64,000 nt of DNA, from positions 14,756,001-14,820,000 of the forward strand of contig CDPCPM010000022.1 in the NCBI GenBank assembly GCA_976551045.1. The letters run 5' to 3'. Position 1 is the first letter of the stretch. The number at the start of each line of letters is the position of its first letter. Both the position numbers and the translations under genes were made by a program. Source of the stretch: Glaucostegus cemiculus. Taxonomy: Eukaryota. Shown here piece after piece: positions 1 through 13,562 of this stretch. The notes under the pieces were generated by a model that was not told the origin of the DNA, ran no database searches, and saw nothing but the letters and a program-made list of their open reading frames with translations.

Positions 1-469
1 TTTACAATACTGAAATATTAGCTCATTATTTTCATATACATTCCCTTAGAATCAACTTTTGAGCGGTGTGTAAAAATAGCTCCAGAGAATCCACCTGATT
101 TCCCTCCTGCAAATAGGTTATTGTTCAATGACGTTCCAGTGGATATATCATTCAGGATGAAGCTTTATTGTCTATCCCAAACCAAAAAGGAATTCATCTC
201 AACGATATTGGGAGGATGCCCTAAGCAGCAATATTATTTGACAGTCAATGTTATACAAATTGGCTTATAAATTCAGTTGGTCACTATTGATCTAACTATA
301 TTTGCCAATGTACTTAAGGTATCAAGTAATGAAGAGGAGAGAATTAACTTCTGTGTGGTGACCTCAGGGTATCCCAAGGCGCTTTTGAAGTGTGAATTTG
401 CAATCATCTGATTGAGGCAAAGTTTCACCAATTGAGCTGTGAGATGAAACTTCTGTAAAATAACACTGA

Positions 470-2350
470 GAAAAAAAACCAATCAATTGAAAAGAGGATT
501 ATTTTAAAAACAGATACACAGAAACACAAGACAGCAAAGTTAGTGGCAGGCCTGAAGATTTGGATAAATTCAGAATCCAGGAAAGAAGGAAAAAAAGACC
601 AAGAAGGGGCAAATAAACTGTGAGGGTAACTAACAAGATATATTAAAACTGACAATAAGAGATAATTGACAACAAGCACATAAAAAAGGAAGAGAGGGTT
701 TAAAGTGAACATAGAGAATGAGGCTGAGGAAATAGCTATGGGGAATAAAGTTAAGGTAGATGAGTTAACCTTTTGTATCAGTCTTCATGGTAGCAGATAC
801 TATAATATTCCTTTATAGCTAAAAATAAAACGGGAGGGATTAAATACCACTACCGTCACTACAGAATTAGTATGGAGCTAAAGGCTGATAAGTCCCATGG
901 TGTTGATAGTCTGCATTGCAGAATCCCAAAATAAATGGCTTCAGAGAAAATAAATACAGTGATTATAATTTTCCAAAGATCTTTAGGTTCTGAAGTGCTA
1001 CCAAAGGATTAGGAAAGTGCCAATGCGATATCCTCAATTAAAAAGGATGAGAGGTCAAAGGTGGATAACAAAAAGCTGGTTAGGCTAATGTCAATTCTTG
1101 AAAATATGTCAGAAATAATTATTATGAAGGTAATAGTGAAAAAATTGGAAAATCATAATCTGATTGAGTCCATATGGCTTCACAAAGGGAAAGCCAATAC
1201 TGACAAATTTATTAGAATTTATAAAGGTATCAGCCAGAGTGAAGTGGTGAACAAGTAGGTATAATATATTTATAGTTTTAAATGGCATTCAACAAGTTGC
1301 CACACGAAAGGTTACATCCCTGCAGAAGAGCTCAGAGTTGAGGTAACTTTCAGCATGAACAGAGGATTAGCTGGTAGGAAGCAGTGAGTAGGGATGAAAG
1401 GGTCATTTTGAAGTTGACATCCCGTTATAATCAGTGGGTGCAACAGGGATCACCAATTAACAATATACACAAATGGCTGAGAGGAAGGAAGCAAATGTAC
1501 TTTGCAAATGATACAGAAGTCTGGGGGAGCAGGGAGGGAAGGGAGCTGTGAGGAAGATACAAACAGCTTACACAAAAATATTGATAGGTTAAGTGAGTGG
1601 GCAAATGGATTATAACAGGAGAAAATGTTAAATTGTTTACTTTTTGTAGAAAGTAATAAAACTGATGAGTTAAATGCAGAAAGACTGCAGCACAGAGGGA
1701 TCTGAGGGTCCTCATACAAGAAGTTAGCATACAGGTGCAGCAGGTAATCAGGAGGGATAATGGAATGCTGGCTTTATTTCAAGGGGTTTGGAGTATAAAA
1801 GTAGGGACAAAGCACTAGTGAAGCCTCATGTAGGAGTACTATGGACAATTTTGGTCACCATATTTAAGGAAAGACATAGTATCAGTGGAGATGGTTCAGA
1901 GAAGTTCACTGGGGTAATCCTGGATTTGGAAGATTGTCTTATGAGGATCAGTTAAACAGGTTGTGTCTGTTCTCATCAGAATTTAGAAGAATGAAAGGTG
2001 AACTTAGTGATTCTCAGGAGGTTGGACAGGGTAAGTGCTGGTGGGTTGTTTCTCCTCATAGTCTCAGAATAAGAAGGCACGTATTTAGGCCTGAGGGGAG
2101 GAAAAAATTCTTCTCTTAAATGGTCTTTGAAATTCCTTGTCCCAAAGAGCCATGGACGCTGAATGCATGAATATATTCAAAGCTGAGGTAAAGAGATTTT
2201 CACACAGTAAATGATACTATTAAGGATTATGGGGATAGGGTGAGAAAGTGGTCTTGAGAAATGTCAAATCAGCCATGACCTTAGTGAAAAGCAGAGCTGC
2301 TTGAAGGGCTGAACAGACTATTCTTGCTCCCATTTCTTATGGTCTTGCAC
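470..2350 (+). mobile_element. Old, degenerate CR1-clade LINE fragment (ORF2 remnant and 3' end)
   Basis: Decayed RT-region sequence; ORF 1934-2119 (SYEDQLNRLCLFSSEFRRMKG) resembles the CR1 ORF2 C-terminus; ends in a CR1-type 3' tail near 2320-2346. Boundaries approximate. Confidence 0.7.
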
Positions 2351-4784
2351 ATCAAGCAGAGAAACTGTACAAGTGTTAATACCAAAACACAAGCGTTAAT
2401 TACATGGGCATGATGGACTGAATGGCCTTACTCTACATTAAACCTCTGTGATTAAATGCAGAAACCAGTTCTAATTTAGGACAGATGAAAACATAAATCT
2501 AGTTTCAGTCTTACTTTCAATTTCAAGTTGATAAAATTGCTATAACCCTAAGGATCCACAAAACAGCAGTTTGACCAATTAATCAATCATATCTGGCTCC
2601 TTGCTAAAGCAATGTAAAGCTAATCACATTGCCTTATGATCCCCATAGCTTTCCCTGCTTCAAACATTTATTCAATTTTCATTTAAAAGATTCAATATTC
2701 TGTGTCTTTGTCAACTCCTATGGCAAAGCATTCCATGCACCAACAAAACTCTGCAGAAAAAAATTTCTTCCTGCTCTACTGGAAATAATTTTAAATCAAG
2801 GACTCCTGCCTCAGACTACCTAGCATAGAAATAGAAAAGGCAAGATTGACACACAGTACCTCATTCAACCCCAATATTATTAGCAGTGCTACAGCACTGA
2901 AAACATACAAGAACACATGCAACAATACTGGAAACATGGTGGAAAAAGTATGGTTACAGTAATGAATTCATTCTAGTTTCTCCCTGAAGAATGCAGATAG
3001 GAAAGAACTTCTTCCATCAAACTAATATATTTTGTAAGAAATGGTTTGATTTGAGTAAACCCATGAAGATAGGTGATACAGACTTAGTCACATTGCACAA
3101 CCCCAGTCAGATTGCAGTTCAAGCCACTTTGTTTGAGTCAAGGGCATGCATATCCTTGTCCTTTATCTATATGCACATATTTTCCTGCAGCTATCAGTCC
3201 AGTTGATTCCAACTCCTGCCTCCTTAACTTGGGGTCACTGAGGTCCCTGCAGTGCCCTCCTATTACCAGTCAACATAACCCAAAGCAAAAGTCAAATCTC
3301 CTCTGTCTGCAGAAGCTTGTCCTCCATCACTGGGTACATTAAAATAGAATAGAAGGTGGGAGAAGCCTTAAGTATTTTCCATGTTTTAATTTTGTCTTGA
3401 TTTTGTCTACAGTTTTAAAAAGCTTTCAGCACAACGTTCATTAAAGGAAGGTATAACAATGTGATAAAACCAAGCAAAATACTGCAGATTCTCAGTTAAC
3501 AGGATCACTTCTTATTGTCTGTATACCTTCTGCTATCTTCAGAGTAGGGAGGAAATAAATATGAATGAGACACAGAATTTGGACTCACAAGACCCTGCTT
3601 CCCTTGCCCCAAGCTTATTTACACTGCTGTCTCAGTTCAGCAGATGATAAGCCATTTGTTCAGTGTGCGTCCATCCAAATAATCCAAGAATAATCACCAC
3701 TTTCCCTCAAGCCTAACTCGTTTTCTAAATTTGAGGTCAGATTTTGATCCAGGTGAAGAGGTTATCCTCTTAATCTCCTGTTTCCATATCTTAAAACAGG
3801 GGAAGGAGATTTCCTGCACAGATCTATTTTTTCTGACCAGATTCATTCCTCCAGAAAGTTGTATCCTTCTGTAATGACCTTGAGCATTTGCTGAATTCAC
3901 AAAATTCTTCTATCCATGAATTAAAGCTTTCCTGCAACATTTATATTTTGTTTATAAAAAGGGAAAACAAGTAAATGTGAAATATATTTGGAGGATTTTT
4001 CATGAAAAATGAAATTCCTGGCATCATTGGCTCAATAGCCACATTTCATAGCCTTAATACTGAGCTGTCAAAAGTTCAGAGAAATCCCAAACGCACAACA
4101 ATGATTTGCTTACAATTAGTTGTAAGTAACAGGAAAAAAAACAATGTGTGAATCACACAGGCGTTCATTGTAGCATTTCATGAAACACTTATTAATTGCC
4201 TCCAAAGCCCTACCTGGATGTCCATTTTTAAAGTTCGTCACTAGTGGCACAAAAAGTTTTCTCATTCGTGGTTTAATTTGCTTTTCACTTGGTTGAAATC
4301 AAGTCTTCGTTTCCAGTCAAGGATTAACTTTTAAGCAGTGTTCCTGATATATATCTTACAGACTTTTTATAATCTTGTATGTCACAAAGGTTTTTCTTTT
4401 CTATTGAATATTTCCACCATTTTGTGTTCTCATTTCCTCAATTGAAATATGTCTAACCTTACGGAGTCCTAGCTCCTGAAGTCTTTCCCAATTAATTAAT
4501 GTTCTGACGTGTTGAGGGAATCAATCCAATTGGTCTATTCTCCCCCTTCTCCGGACTCTGAATATTACCCTTGTGCTTCAAGTGATCAAAAATAGATTCA
4601 GCACTTGATGCATATGACACAATGAAATGGAGCAAGATAGCAAGGTTTACGGAAAGAACAGAGGTCACAAAATGTATTGACAGGAATTCTGACAGGAACT
4701 GAAATGTGGATAGGCTTTTCCTCCCATTCACAAACTATATTAGTTTCAGAATGTACTTGTTATGTGCATGTAAACTAAGGAAAA

Positions 4785-5625
4785 TAAGAAACAAACTGCT
4801 GGAAGAACTTAGTGGGTCCAGCAGCAATGGGGGAAAGGAACTGTCGATGTTTTAGGTCCCTGCTGATCACCCTCCAACCTGTCTGCACCTTCACCCACCC
4901 CTCCATCCGCCTGGCTTCATCTGCCCCTTTTCTTTTGCCTAGTCTGCTTCTATAGTTGACAAAGGGCCTGTTCCTGTGCTGTACTCTTTTATGTTCTGTG
5001 GTATATGAAATGTCAAATACTAGACTGCATAGATTTAAAATTAGAGGAGGAAGAGTTGAAAAGAGATGTGTGAGGCAATTTCTTTCGTTTTTGTTTTATA
5101 CACAGAGAGTGGTAGGTACCTGGAATACACTGCTGGGAAGGTGGTGGAAGCAGACACGATAGCAATGTTTAAGAAACAGAAAGACAGACACATGGACAGG
5201 TAGGAAATGGAGGGATATGGACCATTTGCAGGCAGATGTGGTTAGTTTAATTTGGCATCATGGTCAGCATAGACATGGTGGGCCAAAGGTCCCATTCCTG
5301 TGCTGCACTGTTCTATGTTCTACTTATCACCCAGCTGTCTGTCTCTCAACTCCACCTCTCCCCAGCTGGCAACTTCAGCCCATCATCCCTCACCTCTTCT
5401 CGGCCCACCTATCACCTACCAGCCCCTGTCTCATCCCTCCCCTCTCCTCTTTAAAAGAGTTATCTTCCTTCTCCACTCTCATTCCTGATGCTGAGTCTTG
5501 ACTCAAAACATCAACAATTCCTTCTACCCCACCTCAACCACCCAACGGATGCTGCATGACTAGCTAAGTTCCTACAGCAGTTTGTTTTTTGCTCCAGGTT
5601 CCAGCATCTGTGGCCCTGTGTCTCC
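4785..5625. mobile_element. Penelope-like terminal remnant with inverted ends, interrupted by a CR1 3' fragment (~4950-5322)
   Basis: AAACAAACTGCTGGAAGAACTTAG at ~4789 is inverted relative to CTAAGTTCCTACAGCAGTTTGTTT at ~5564. The same terminal motif occurs at 14480, 20470 and 22740. The central part is a CR1 3' end (TQRVVGTWN). Confidence 0.6.
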
Positions 5626-8600
5626 CAGACAGTAAGCCTTTGCACATAAGTAACATATTTTAAGATTTAGATATTTCTGACAATACCACTGCATACAAGA
5701 AATTGCAATATGACAAATTACTTAAAGCAATAGTTTATCCCACGAAGAAAAACCAAAAGAAGTTTTATTGTTGGTCATTTTGGTGAAATTATCACCAAAT
5801 TAAATTTTATCCCATTAACCACTAATCCAATTTAAATACATGCTGGCTTGATCCCACCTTGCCAAGCTAATATTATACAACACAACTCATGTATCTGATC
5901 ATCAGTCATTTTAAGGAGATCAAACTGACTTCAAATTTAGGGAAACAAACTGCAATTGATCTCCATAGCTGAGAGCAATTGACACAATCTGAAGCAATCA
6001 TTATCTAATCCTATCCTGGTAACTGACAACAGCTGTATCTTGTAAGATTTAACTTGCTAAACTTTGCATCATTTTCATCATTCATAATAATTGCTTTGAA
6101 TGATGTTATTTATAATAGCAGAAACATTATCTAACTTGTTCTAAATTCATATCTCTCTGTGACATGTTACAAATTAAAATACTATACTCAGTACATCATG
6201 ACAGCTCTTATCAGTCACTGTACCTGGTTATTGTTCAGTAAATTCCTTTGGTACAACTCCATTCTACAGTAATATCATTATCTCTCTAGGACCAGAAATT
6301 TTGGGGAGGAATAAATTAAATGGCCATTATTAAATAAAATAAAATAAAACCTGCAGCGAAAATGCTCTATTTTCATGAACTACTAGTTGCCAGGATTATG
6401 CTGTGTACTCCCTAACCATAAGAGACGACACAACTGCCCAGATACAGCTGGTCCTTTCTTCACTGAAGCCTTAAGTACTTGTTCAGCACTGCGCTCTAAC
6501 AGAAAGAAAAAAATTCAGAGGGCAAACCAGGTTGCTTTTATAATGACAGGCAAGAGATAGATCGGAAGAACCATGACCAGTTAAGAAGATAGATTTGGTT
6601 AAAAAGATGACTTGGTTTAAAAATACTATAGGTCTGATCATCCATAACAGAATTTCAAAGCATTACGAGTTTGATATTTAATCAAATCATATATTCATAT
6701 AATCAGAGTGATACAGCCTTCAGCTCACTGAGTCCGCATTTATTCATTATAATTATGCGGACAATATCAATGTGCATCTTTCTGATTCCGGACTAAAGTC
6801 ACGTTACACCATTTTATCAATGATAAGTATTTGCATTCATTTTCAACTTACTAATTTCATTATGCCCTGGCAAATTTGTAAACAATGAGGAATTTTGCCA
6901 TGTATCATTAGACTATTATAGAAACAAGCACATGACATTCAAACTATTCGGTACAACACTGTGGGCCAAAGGGCCTGTTCCTCTGGTGTACTGCAAACCC
7001 CTTGCTTGACACACCAAAGTGCGGGCAGTAAATTGTGTTACTGTTATCTCTGTGACATTTGGAAATGACAAATACAAATCACAAAGTCGATATTTTTGTA
7101 AAGGGTTAAACATATCCCAATGATCTCAATTTGTCCAAAATCTAAATATTAAATGATGAGCCTGAATGAATCCACTTTTTATTACTTCACATTCAAGATT
7201 AAAAAGAACACATGGCTGCTATTCTTTGGACAATCGTCCTTCCATTTCTACTACCCCTAGCACTAATAATATTCATACATGACTGAGATGTTTCTTCCCT
7301 TTGCAACTGGCAAAAATTGTTTATGCCAGTGATTCCATAAAAGATATATAAAGTGGAGCAGTTTTGATCCCATTAGTTTTCTTCATTGCTTCTTAGGTTT
7401 TCTGGAGGCTAAATTGAGTAGCTTCTGAAACAGGATGATGAGATAGCAATGTCCAATTAACCTTCACCCATTGATTGCAATGCTGGCTGCTCACCAGCTT
7501 CATGTTACTTGCCTATTGCACGATCATTGCAAAAAGCTAAATTCACTGTACATTGGTTAAATGCCTCAGAAAGGGGCCAAATATCATGAGTGGAAAGTGC
7601 CAGTTGAAGCTAGCTAGCACAAATTAAAGCCAGTCTGAAGTGCATTGTGGCTGGTACAGGTGCAACTCAATCAGACATGGGAAACATTGAAGAATAGCAG
7701 CACAAAAAGGGAGACCTGGTTCCAAAATTTTTGCACATGGTCTTGGTGGAGGAGCAGAAGATAGGAATGATGTGCTCTATTTGGAGGTGGCCAGGAAAAC
7801 TACTGCACACTGACAGTGAAGCAGTGTGTGGAGACTGCTGTCCTGGTGAATGCAAGGCTTCAAACTCAGTGGATCTCAATGCCATGCTGCAAAGACTTTG
7901 ACTGCATTACAAGTGGCCAAGGTCAGTGGTCCATTGTCATCTCCAACAAAATGTACCACAAAATCCAAACACTGCTGACCATACCACAGCCCACTCTCTA
8001 ACCCAGCAACAGTCTGTCAATCATGACCCCTATCTTACATGTACTGTACACTGGTTGTTCCAACCATGACCTCCGCAACACCCAAACACTGGATAATAAT
8101 CACAAATACTTGTCTCTCTCTCAATTGCAGTACAGAATGCTACAAGACTGCAGTAAACAACAGTTAGTTAGCTGGGGTAACATGGCTGGATCACCCAACT
8201 ACAATGGATAAGACAGTGCCAACCATGATTGGTTCTGTCATTGCAGATGATGCAGTCCAAAGAAAGCTGTATGCCTCACCCTGCCACTCAACCCCCACTG
8301 CATGCAACTCTTTTTTTCCCGCATCCCATTTTCTTCTTGACCTACATTTTTCTGAGTTATAAGCTTCAGATGGGGTAAGTGTGCATTTCTTACTATCTAC
8401 CCTCCCCCTATCCAAATATTGTGCCGTACTCTTTTCAGATGGCCAAGAAATGCAACCCTTCCAGGCAGAGATGAAAGAACAAAAAGTCAGAGAGATAAAA
8501 CTACCCACCAGTTAATCAATTCAGAAACTTGTGCTTTGTGCACCTCAGGGTTTACACTTGTACTGGGACACCAAGCACAAGTGTCCTGCATTAAGATAGA

Positions 8601-9649
8601 TGCCCAGAGGTTGAGATCTGCTGCTGATGGGACAGTTTACAGAAATAACTGATAACTTGATAAGTAAGCACACTAAATGCACTGCCAGGTCTGCCACAAA
8701 GACTGACTGCAACGTCAAGGGACATCAGGAGCTCAACACCAATCAGAGGGCTTTATAGAGAATTTGAAGCTTATCGTATGGCAGTGATAGAAGACTCACA
8801 GTTTGCACTCAAATGAAAAACTGCACACTCTCCTTAAGTGATCCTCTTTGTGAGGACCTGACCAAAACATTGCAAAATCTTTCCCCAGTGTTCCCAGCTG
8901 CATTGTTATTTCAAATGGTTGCAGAAGTGTCCCAGTCTGAACTGAATAGAGATGTAATCAGCTTGATGTCCTCAGATACTTCTAATAGTTGTTTGAAAAT
9001 TTTAAACACATTTTAAAACATTTACAACATTTTTGAAATAAACAAGATATTGGAGAGATTAACATGGTGTTAACGGTTAAAAGTGAGTTGGGAAAAAGAT
9101 GTATTTTATCCTGCTACTGAACATGTGCGAGGTTGACTAATGGACATTAGCTGTATTATTGAGCTGCAAAATGGCAGGCTGGCATCAAATCAGCTTGTGA
9201 CCTCATGATTTGGCCTTCCAGCGAACATTGGTTATGAACACTGCATGCCTTCACCATTGTATCATCCATTGGTATCAGACACTGTATTGCAATTGTTTCA
9301 GCATACACCAAATCCTGTGAAGCAGTGTTTTGCTGCCTCCTGCTTTGATTCTATGCTGGAGTTCACTTTAAGAATTCAGAGTGCTGGTAGCATTGCCTTC
9401 CCTAAGCAGTCCAGTCCTATATATAGGACAAGTAATGATGGTGTTTATTTTATTGGGTTTCTCAAAATATGTTTTCATTGCCCTCATGGTTTCCAAATTT
9501 AACATGACATCAACATTATAATTTTACAATAAGTGTTATGAAAATTCTTAGAGAATTCTCTGGGCAAGACTCATGAACTACTTTACAGTAAGTCTGCAAC
9601 TTATTCTGATCCACAGTTTCATACTGCAACAATCTAATTCATGTCATTA

Positions 9650-9850
9650 GCAACAACAACTTTCTTTTATTTAATAAACATGAATTTTGCACACATATCT
9701 AAATACCACATGGGAGTGTTATCAAATAAAATTTAAGGCAGCTGTCTTTGGGAAAGAGGAAGGTTTAAAGGAGAGTTTTAAAGTGGAGGAGTTCAGAGAG
9801 GGAATTCTAGAGCTGAGGAATGTTGACAGCTGTGGCTTCAGCTGCAAAAG
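9650..9850 (-). mobile_element. L2-like LINE 3' remnant
   Basis: (CAA)n tail at ~9651 followed by decayed L2-type 3' sequence. Confidence 0.4.
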
Positions 9851-10540
9851 GGAAGAGGATTCAGTACATACAGTGGCCATTACAAAGATTTCCTCTCTCT
9901 GATTCTGTTCTTATTGCAATACATAGAATGAGCTTATTCAGCCCATTAGACCCATGCTGAACCCCTGCAGTCATCCCACAAATCCTCTTATCCTCTCCCA
10001 TCAACTTACCTTTGGATCGTTTAACAGTTACCTGCACCAAGCGAGAATTTACAGTAGCCCATGAACCTAGCAGCATGTTTTATACAGAGATCTATACAAA
10101 CAGTACAAGGAGGAGTTGTCAAGGGAACTGAGCTTCAGACACAGTGGTTCACAAGGTATCACACACCAGCCAAGGAAAAGACCTCAGATGAGTCTACACA
10201 ATTCATTGGTGTAGCATACTGTGGAGCAATATTGCAGAGCATAACTCAGCTCAATCTATTTGAATGAGAAAAAGACCTTGCAGGTTACAAACTAGCCAAT
10301 AACAAAAGGTTAGTATGTGTATGCATGTGCGTTACACGTGCTTGCAGAGGAAGAGTGAGTGTGTGGAAGGAACAAGACAAAAAAGCAGAAAAATGTGAGG
10401 AATGAAAGAATAGTAAATAAAAAGCATGGGAAGATATTCAAGAATCTTATAGGAATAGGAAGATAGAACATTGGTAATATATTAATTATTGCTGCAGACT
10501 TTAGACTCAGAAGTTGCAGTATGAAAGTAGGAGGTTTTCC

Positions 10541-12703
10541 CATAGAAGACAGAGGGTGGTGGTTGAAGGGACGTATTTGGGCTGGAGGCCTGTGAATAGT
10601 TGTGTTCCGCAGGGATCTGTACTAAGACCTCTGTTGTTTGTGATATACATAAATAACCTGGATGAGTATGCTGGTGGGTGGGTTAGTAATTTTGCAGATG
10701 ATATCATGGTTGGTGAAGTTGTGAATAGTGTAGAAGACTGGTCACGGATACAGCATGATATAGATCAGTTGCAGATGCGGACAGAGAAATGGCAGATGGA
10801 GTTTAACCCAGATAAATGTGAGGTGTTGCAACTTGGTAGGACTAATGTCAAGAGGCAGTACACTCTATAGGGCAAGACCCTTAACGGTGTTGAAGAGCAG
10901 AGAGACCTTGGGGTGCAAGTACATGTCTCACTGAAAGTGGCTACACAGGTAGATAGGGTGATTAGGCGGCTTATGGAATGCTTGCTTTCATTAATTGAGG
11001 TATTGAGTATAGGAGTCAAGAAGTTATGATGCATCTCTATAGAATTCTGGTTAGGCTGCATTTAGAGTATGGCGTGCAATTCTGGTCACCTCACTATAGA
11101 AAGGATGTTGAGACTTTAGAAAGGGTGCAGAGGAGGTTTACTAAGATGCTGCCTGGATTAGAGGGCATGTGCTATCAGGAGAAGCTGGACAAACTTGGGC
11201 TATTTTCTCTGGAAGGGCAGAGGCTGAGGGGAGTGTATGAAAGTGTATGAAATTATGAGGGGCATAGATAGAGTGGACGAGCAGTATCTTTTCCCATTAT
11301 TGAGAATAATAATGACAATCTTAACCAGAATTCTATAGAGATGTATCATAACTTCCAATACCAGAGGGCATGCATTTGTGAGAAGGGGTAGGTTCAGAAG
11401 AGACGTGAGGGATAAGTTTTTTTTTTACTCAGAGAGTGGTGGATGCCTGGAATGCGTTGCCTAATAGGGTGGTGGAGGCAAATTCATTGGGGGCTTTTAA
11501 GAGGGGCTTGGATGGACACATTCAACACTGTATTCAACACATTCAACAATTATTCTCAACACTGGTGCCCCACAAGGCTGCGTCCTCAGCCCTCTACTCT
11601 ACTCTACTCCCTATACACTCACGACTGTGTGGCCAGATTCTGCTCCAACTCCATCTACAAGTTTGCAGATGGTACCACCGTTGTGGGCCGTATCTCCAAC
11701 AGCAACGAGTCAGAGTACAGGAAGGAGATAGAGAACTTAGTGGAATGGTGTCATGACAACAACTTTTCCCTCAATGTCAACAAAGCGAAAGAGTTGGTCA
11801 TTGACTTCAGGAAAGGGGGTGGTGTACATGCACCTGTCTACATCAATGGTGCTGAGGTTGAGAGGGTGGAGAGCTTCAAGTTCCTAGGTGTCAACATCAC
11901 CAACAGCCTGTCCTGGTCTAACCACATAGATGCCACAGCCAAGAAAGCTCAACAGTGCCTCTACTTCCTCAGGAGGCTGAAGAAATTTGGTATGTCCCCT
12001 TTGACTCTCACCAGCTTTTACTGATGCACCATAGAAAGCATTCTATCTGGTTGTATCACGGCTTGGTATGGCAACTGCTCTGTCCAGGACCGCAAGAAAC
12101 TGCAGAGAGTTGTGGACACAGCCCAGTGCATCACGGACACCAGCCTCCCCTCCTTGGACTCTACCTCTCGTTGTCTTGGTGTAGCGGTCAGCATAATCAA
12201 AGACCCTACTCATTCGGGACATTCTCTCTTCTCTCCTCTTCCATCGGGTGGAAGATACAGATGCCTGGGGGCATGCTCCACCAGACTTAAAGACAGCTTC
12301 TTCCCCACTGTGATAAGACTATTGAACGATTCCCTTATATAATGAGATGGTCTGTGACCTCATCTTCTACCTTGTGCGACCTTGCACCTTATTGCACTGC
12401 ACTTTCTCTGTAGCTGTGACACTTTATTCTGTACTGTTACTGTTTTCACTGTACTATTTCAACGCACTTTGTACTATGTAACTACACCGTGTAATGAATT
12501 GACCTGTACGATCGGTTTGTAAGACAAGCTCTTCACTGTACCTCAGTACAAGTGACAATAATAAAGCAACACCAATACCAATACATGAATGAGAGGACAA
12601 TGGAGGGAAATGGGCATTCCGTAGGTAGGAGGGATTAGTTATGTCAGCACAACATTGTGGGCCGAAGGGCCTGTTCTGTGCTGTACTGTTCTATGTTCTA
12701 TGT
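10541..12703 (+). mobile_element. 5'-truncated CR1 LINE, split by a nested Rex1-like insertion at 11522-12582
   Basis: RT motifs VPQGSVLRPLLF, FADD, QFWSPHYRKD, LERVQRRFTKM; resumes at 12583 and ends with (TTCTATG)n near 12690-12703. Confidence 0.9.
11522..12582 (+). mobile_element. Rex1/Babar-like LINE 3' fragment (inactive)
   Basis: LLYSLYTHDC, YKFADGTTVVG (FADD mutated), FKFLGVNI, LYFLRRL; premature stop at 12022-12024; AATAAA plus (ACCAAT)n tail; ACAT duplicated at 11518-11521 and 12583-12586. Confidence 0.8.
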
Positions 12704-13031
12704 TTAACAATTTGTTGTGGAGCAAAAATGGGTAAAACAAATAGCCAGCATCAAGCAGCAATGTCATTCTTTTGAATGAGATCACCCCACTTCACTAAAA
12801 GGTAAGATTAGTTAAGATTTCTATTTTCTTCCATTTATGAATTTAAATTAATTAATAGTGTGCTTTCAATTAAAGATCTTACTTAAAAATAAATTGTTTC
12901 ATTTTAATACATTTCAATTGTTTTAAATGTACCTTAATATCAGAGACATTTAAAACAATGAAAGAAGCCTTTGACTGGAAGAAACTGTCAAATGATGCCA
13001 GAGTGGTGCTTAGGATGGAGTTTCAGGTTAG

Positions 13032-13074
13032 GTGGCCCTTCAGTGAGGCAGAGTGTGCCTCACTGAAGGGCCAC
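13032..13074. repeat. Perfect 19-bp inverted repeat, 5-nt spacer
   Basis: GTGGCCCTTCAGTGAGGCA-gagtg-TGCCTCACTGAAGGGCCAC. Confidence 0.95.
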
Positions 13075-13411
13075 TGAACAGAAGCCTCCAGTTTCCTGCA
13101 GTGCCTCAGCAGGTAGACGTCACCACGGAAGCAGCACAGAGGCTGAGTACGGGTTGCAGGTCAGATCAAGAACACTGAATTCCAATGAGTCTGACCAGAA
13201 CATGACCGACTACTTCTCAAACAATCATAGTGATTTGGATACTTTGAATAGGTGAGATAAGTTAAGCATTTGATTAATTATTTTGCAAGGATGTTCTTGC
13301 AAGTGAGTAGACCACCCACTTATAAAGGGCCACATGTTTTCAGATTGATTAATTCTCAGCATACAATTGTTAGTTTCATCTGGGTTCTGAAACCAACCAA
13401 ATCTGTTCTAA

Positions 13412-13562
13412 TGGAGATACAAAAGACTGCAGATGCCAGAACGAGGAGCAATACTGCTGAAGGAACTCAGCGGGTCACATAACATCTGTGGAAGCACAAG
13501 GGATGCTCGATATTTTGGGTTGAGACCCTGCAACAGGACTGAGAGTGTAGAGGGCAGATAGT
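13412..13562 (-). mobile_element. Penelope-like terminal fragment
   Basis: GACTGCAGATGC...CTGCTGAAGGAACTCAGC...TTTTGGGTTGAGACCC matches the reverse of the terminal motif at 20750-20850. Confidence 0.6.

Noticed and set aside
7600-8780. Moderately GC-rich stretch suggestive of an ancient transposon
   Set aside because: No diagnostic motif or termini could be identified, so it is left unannotated.
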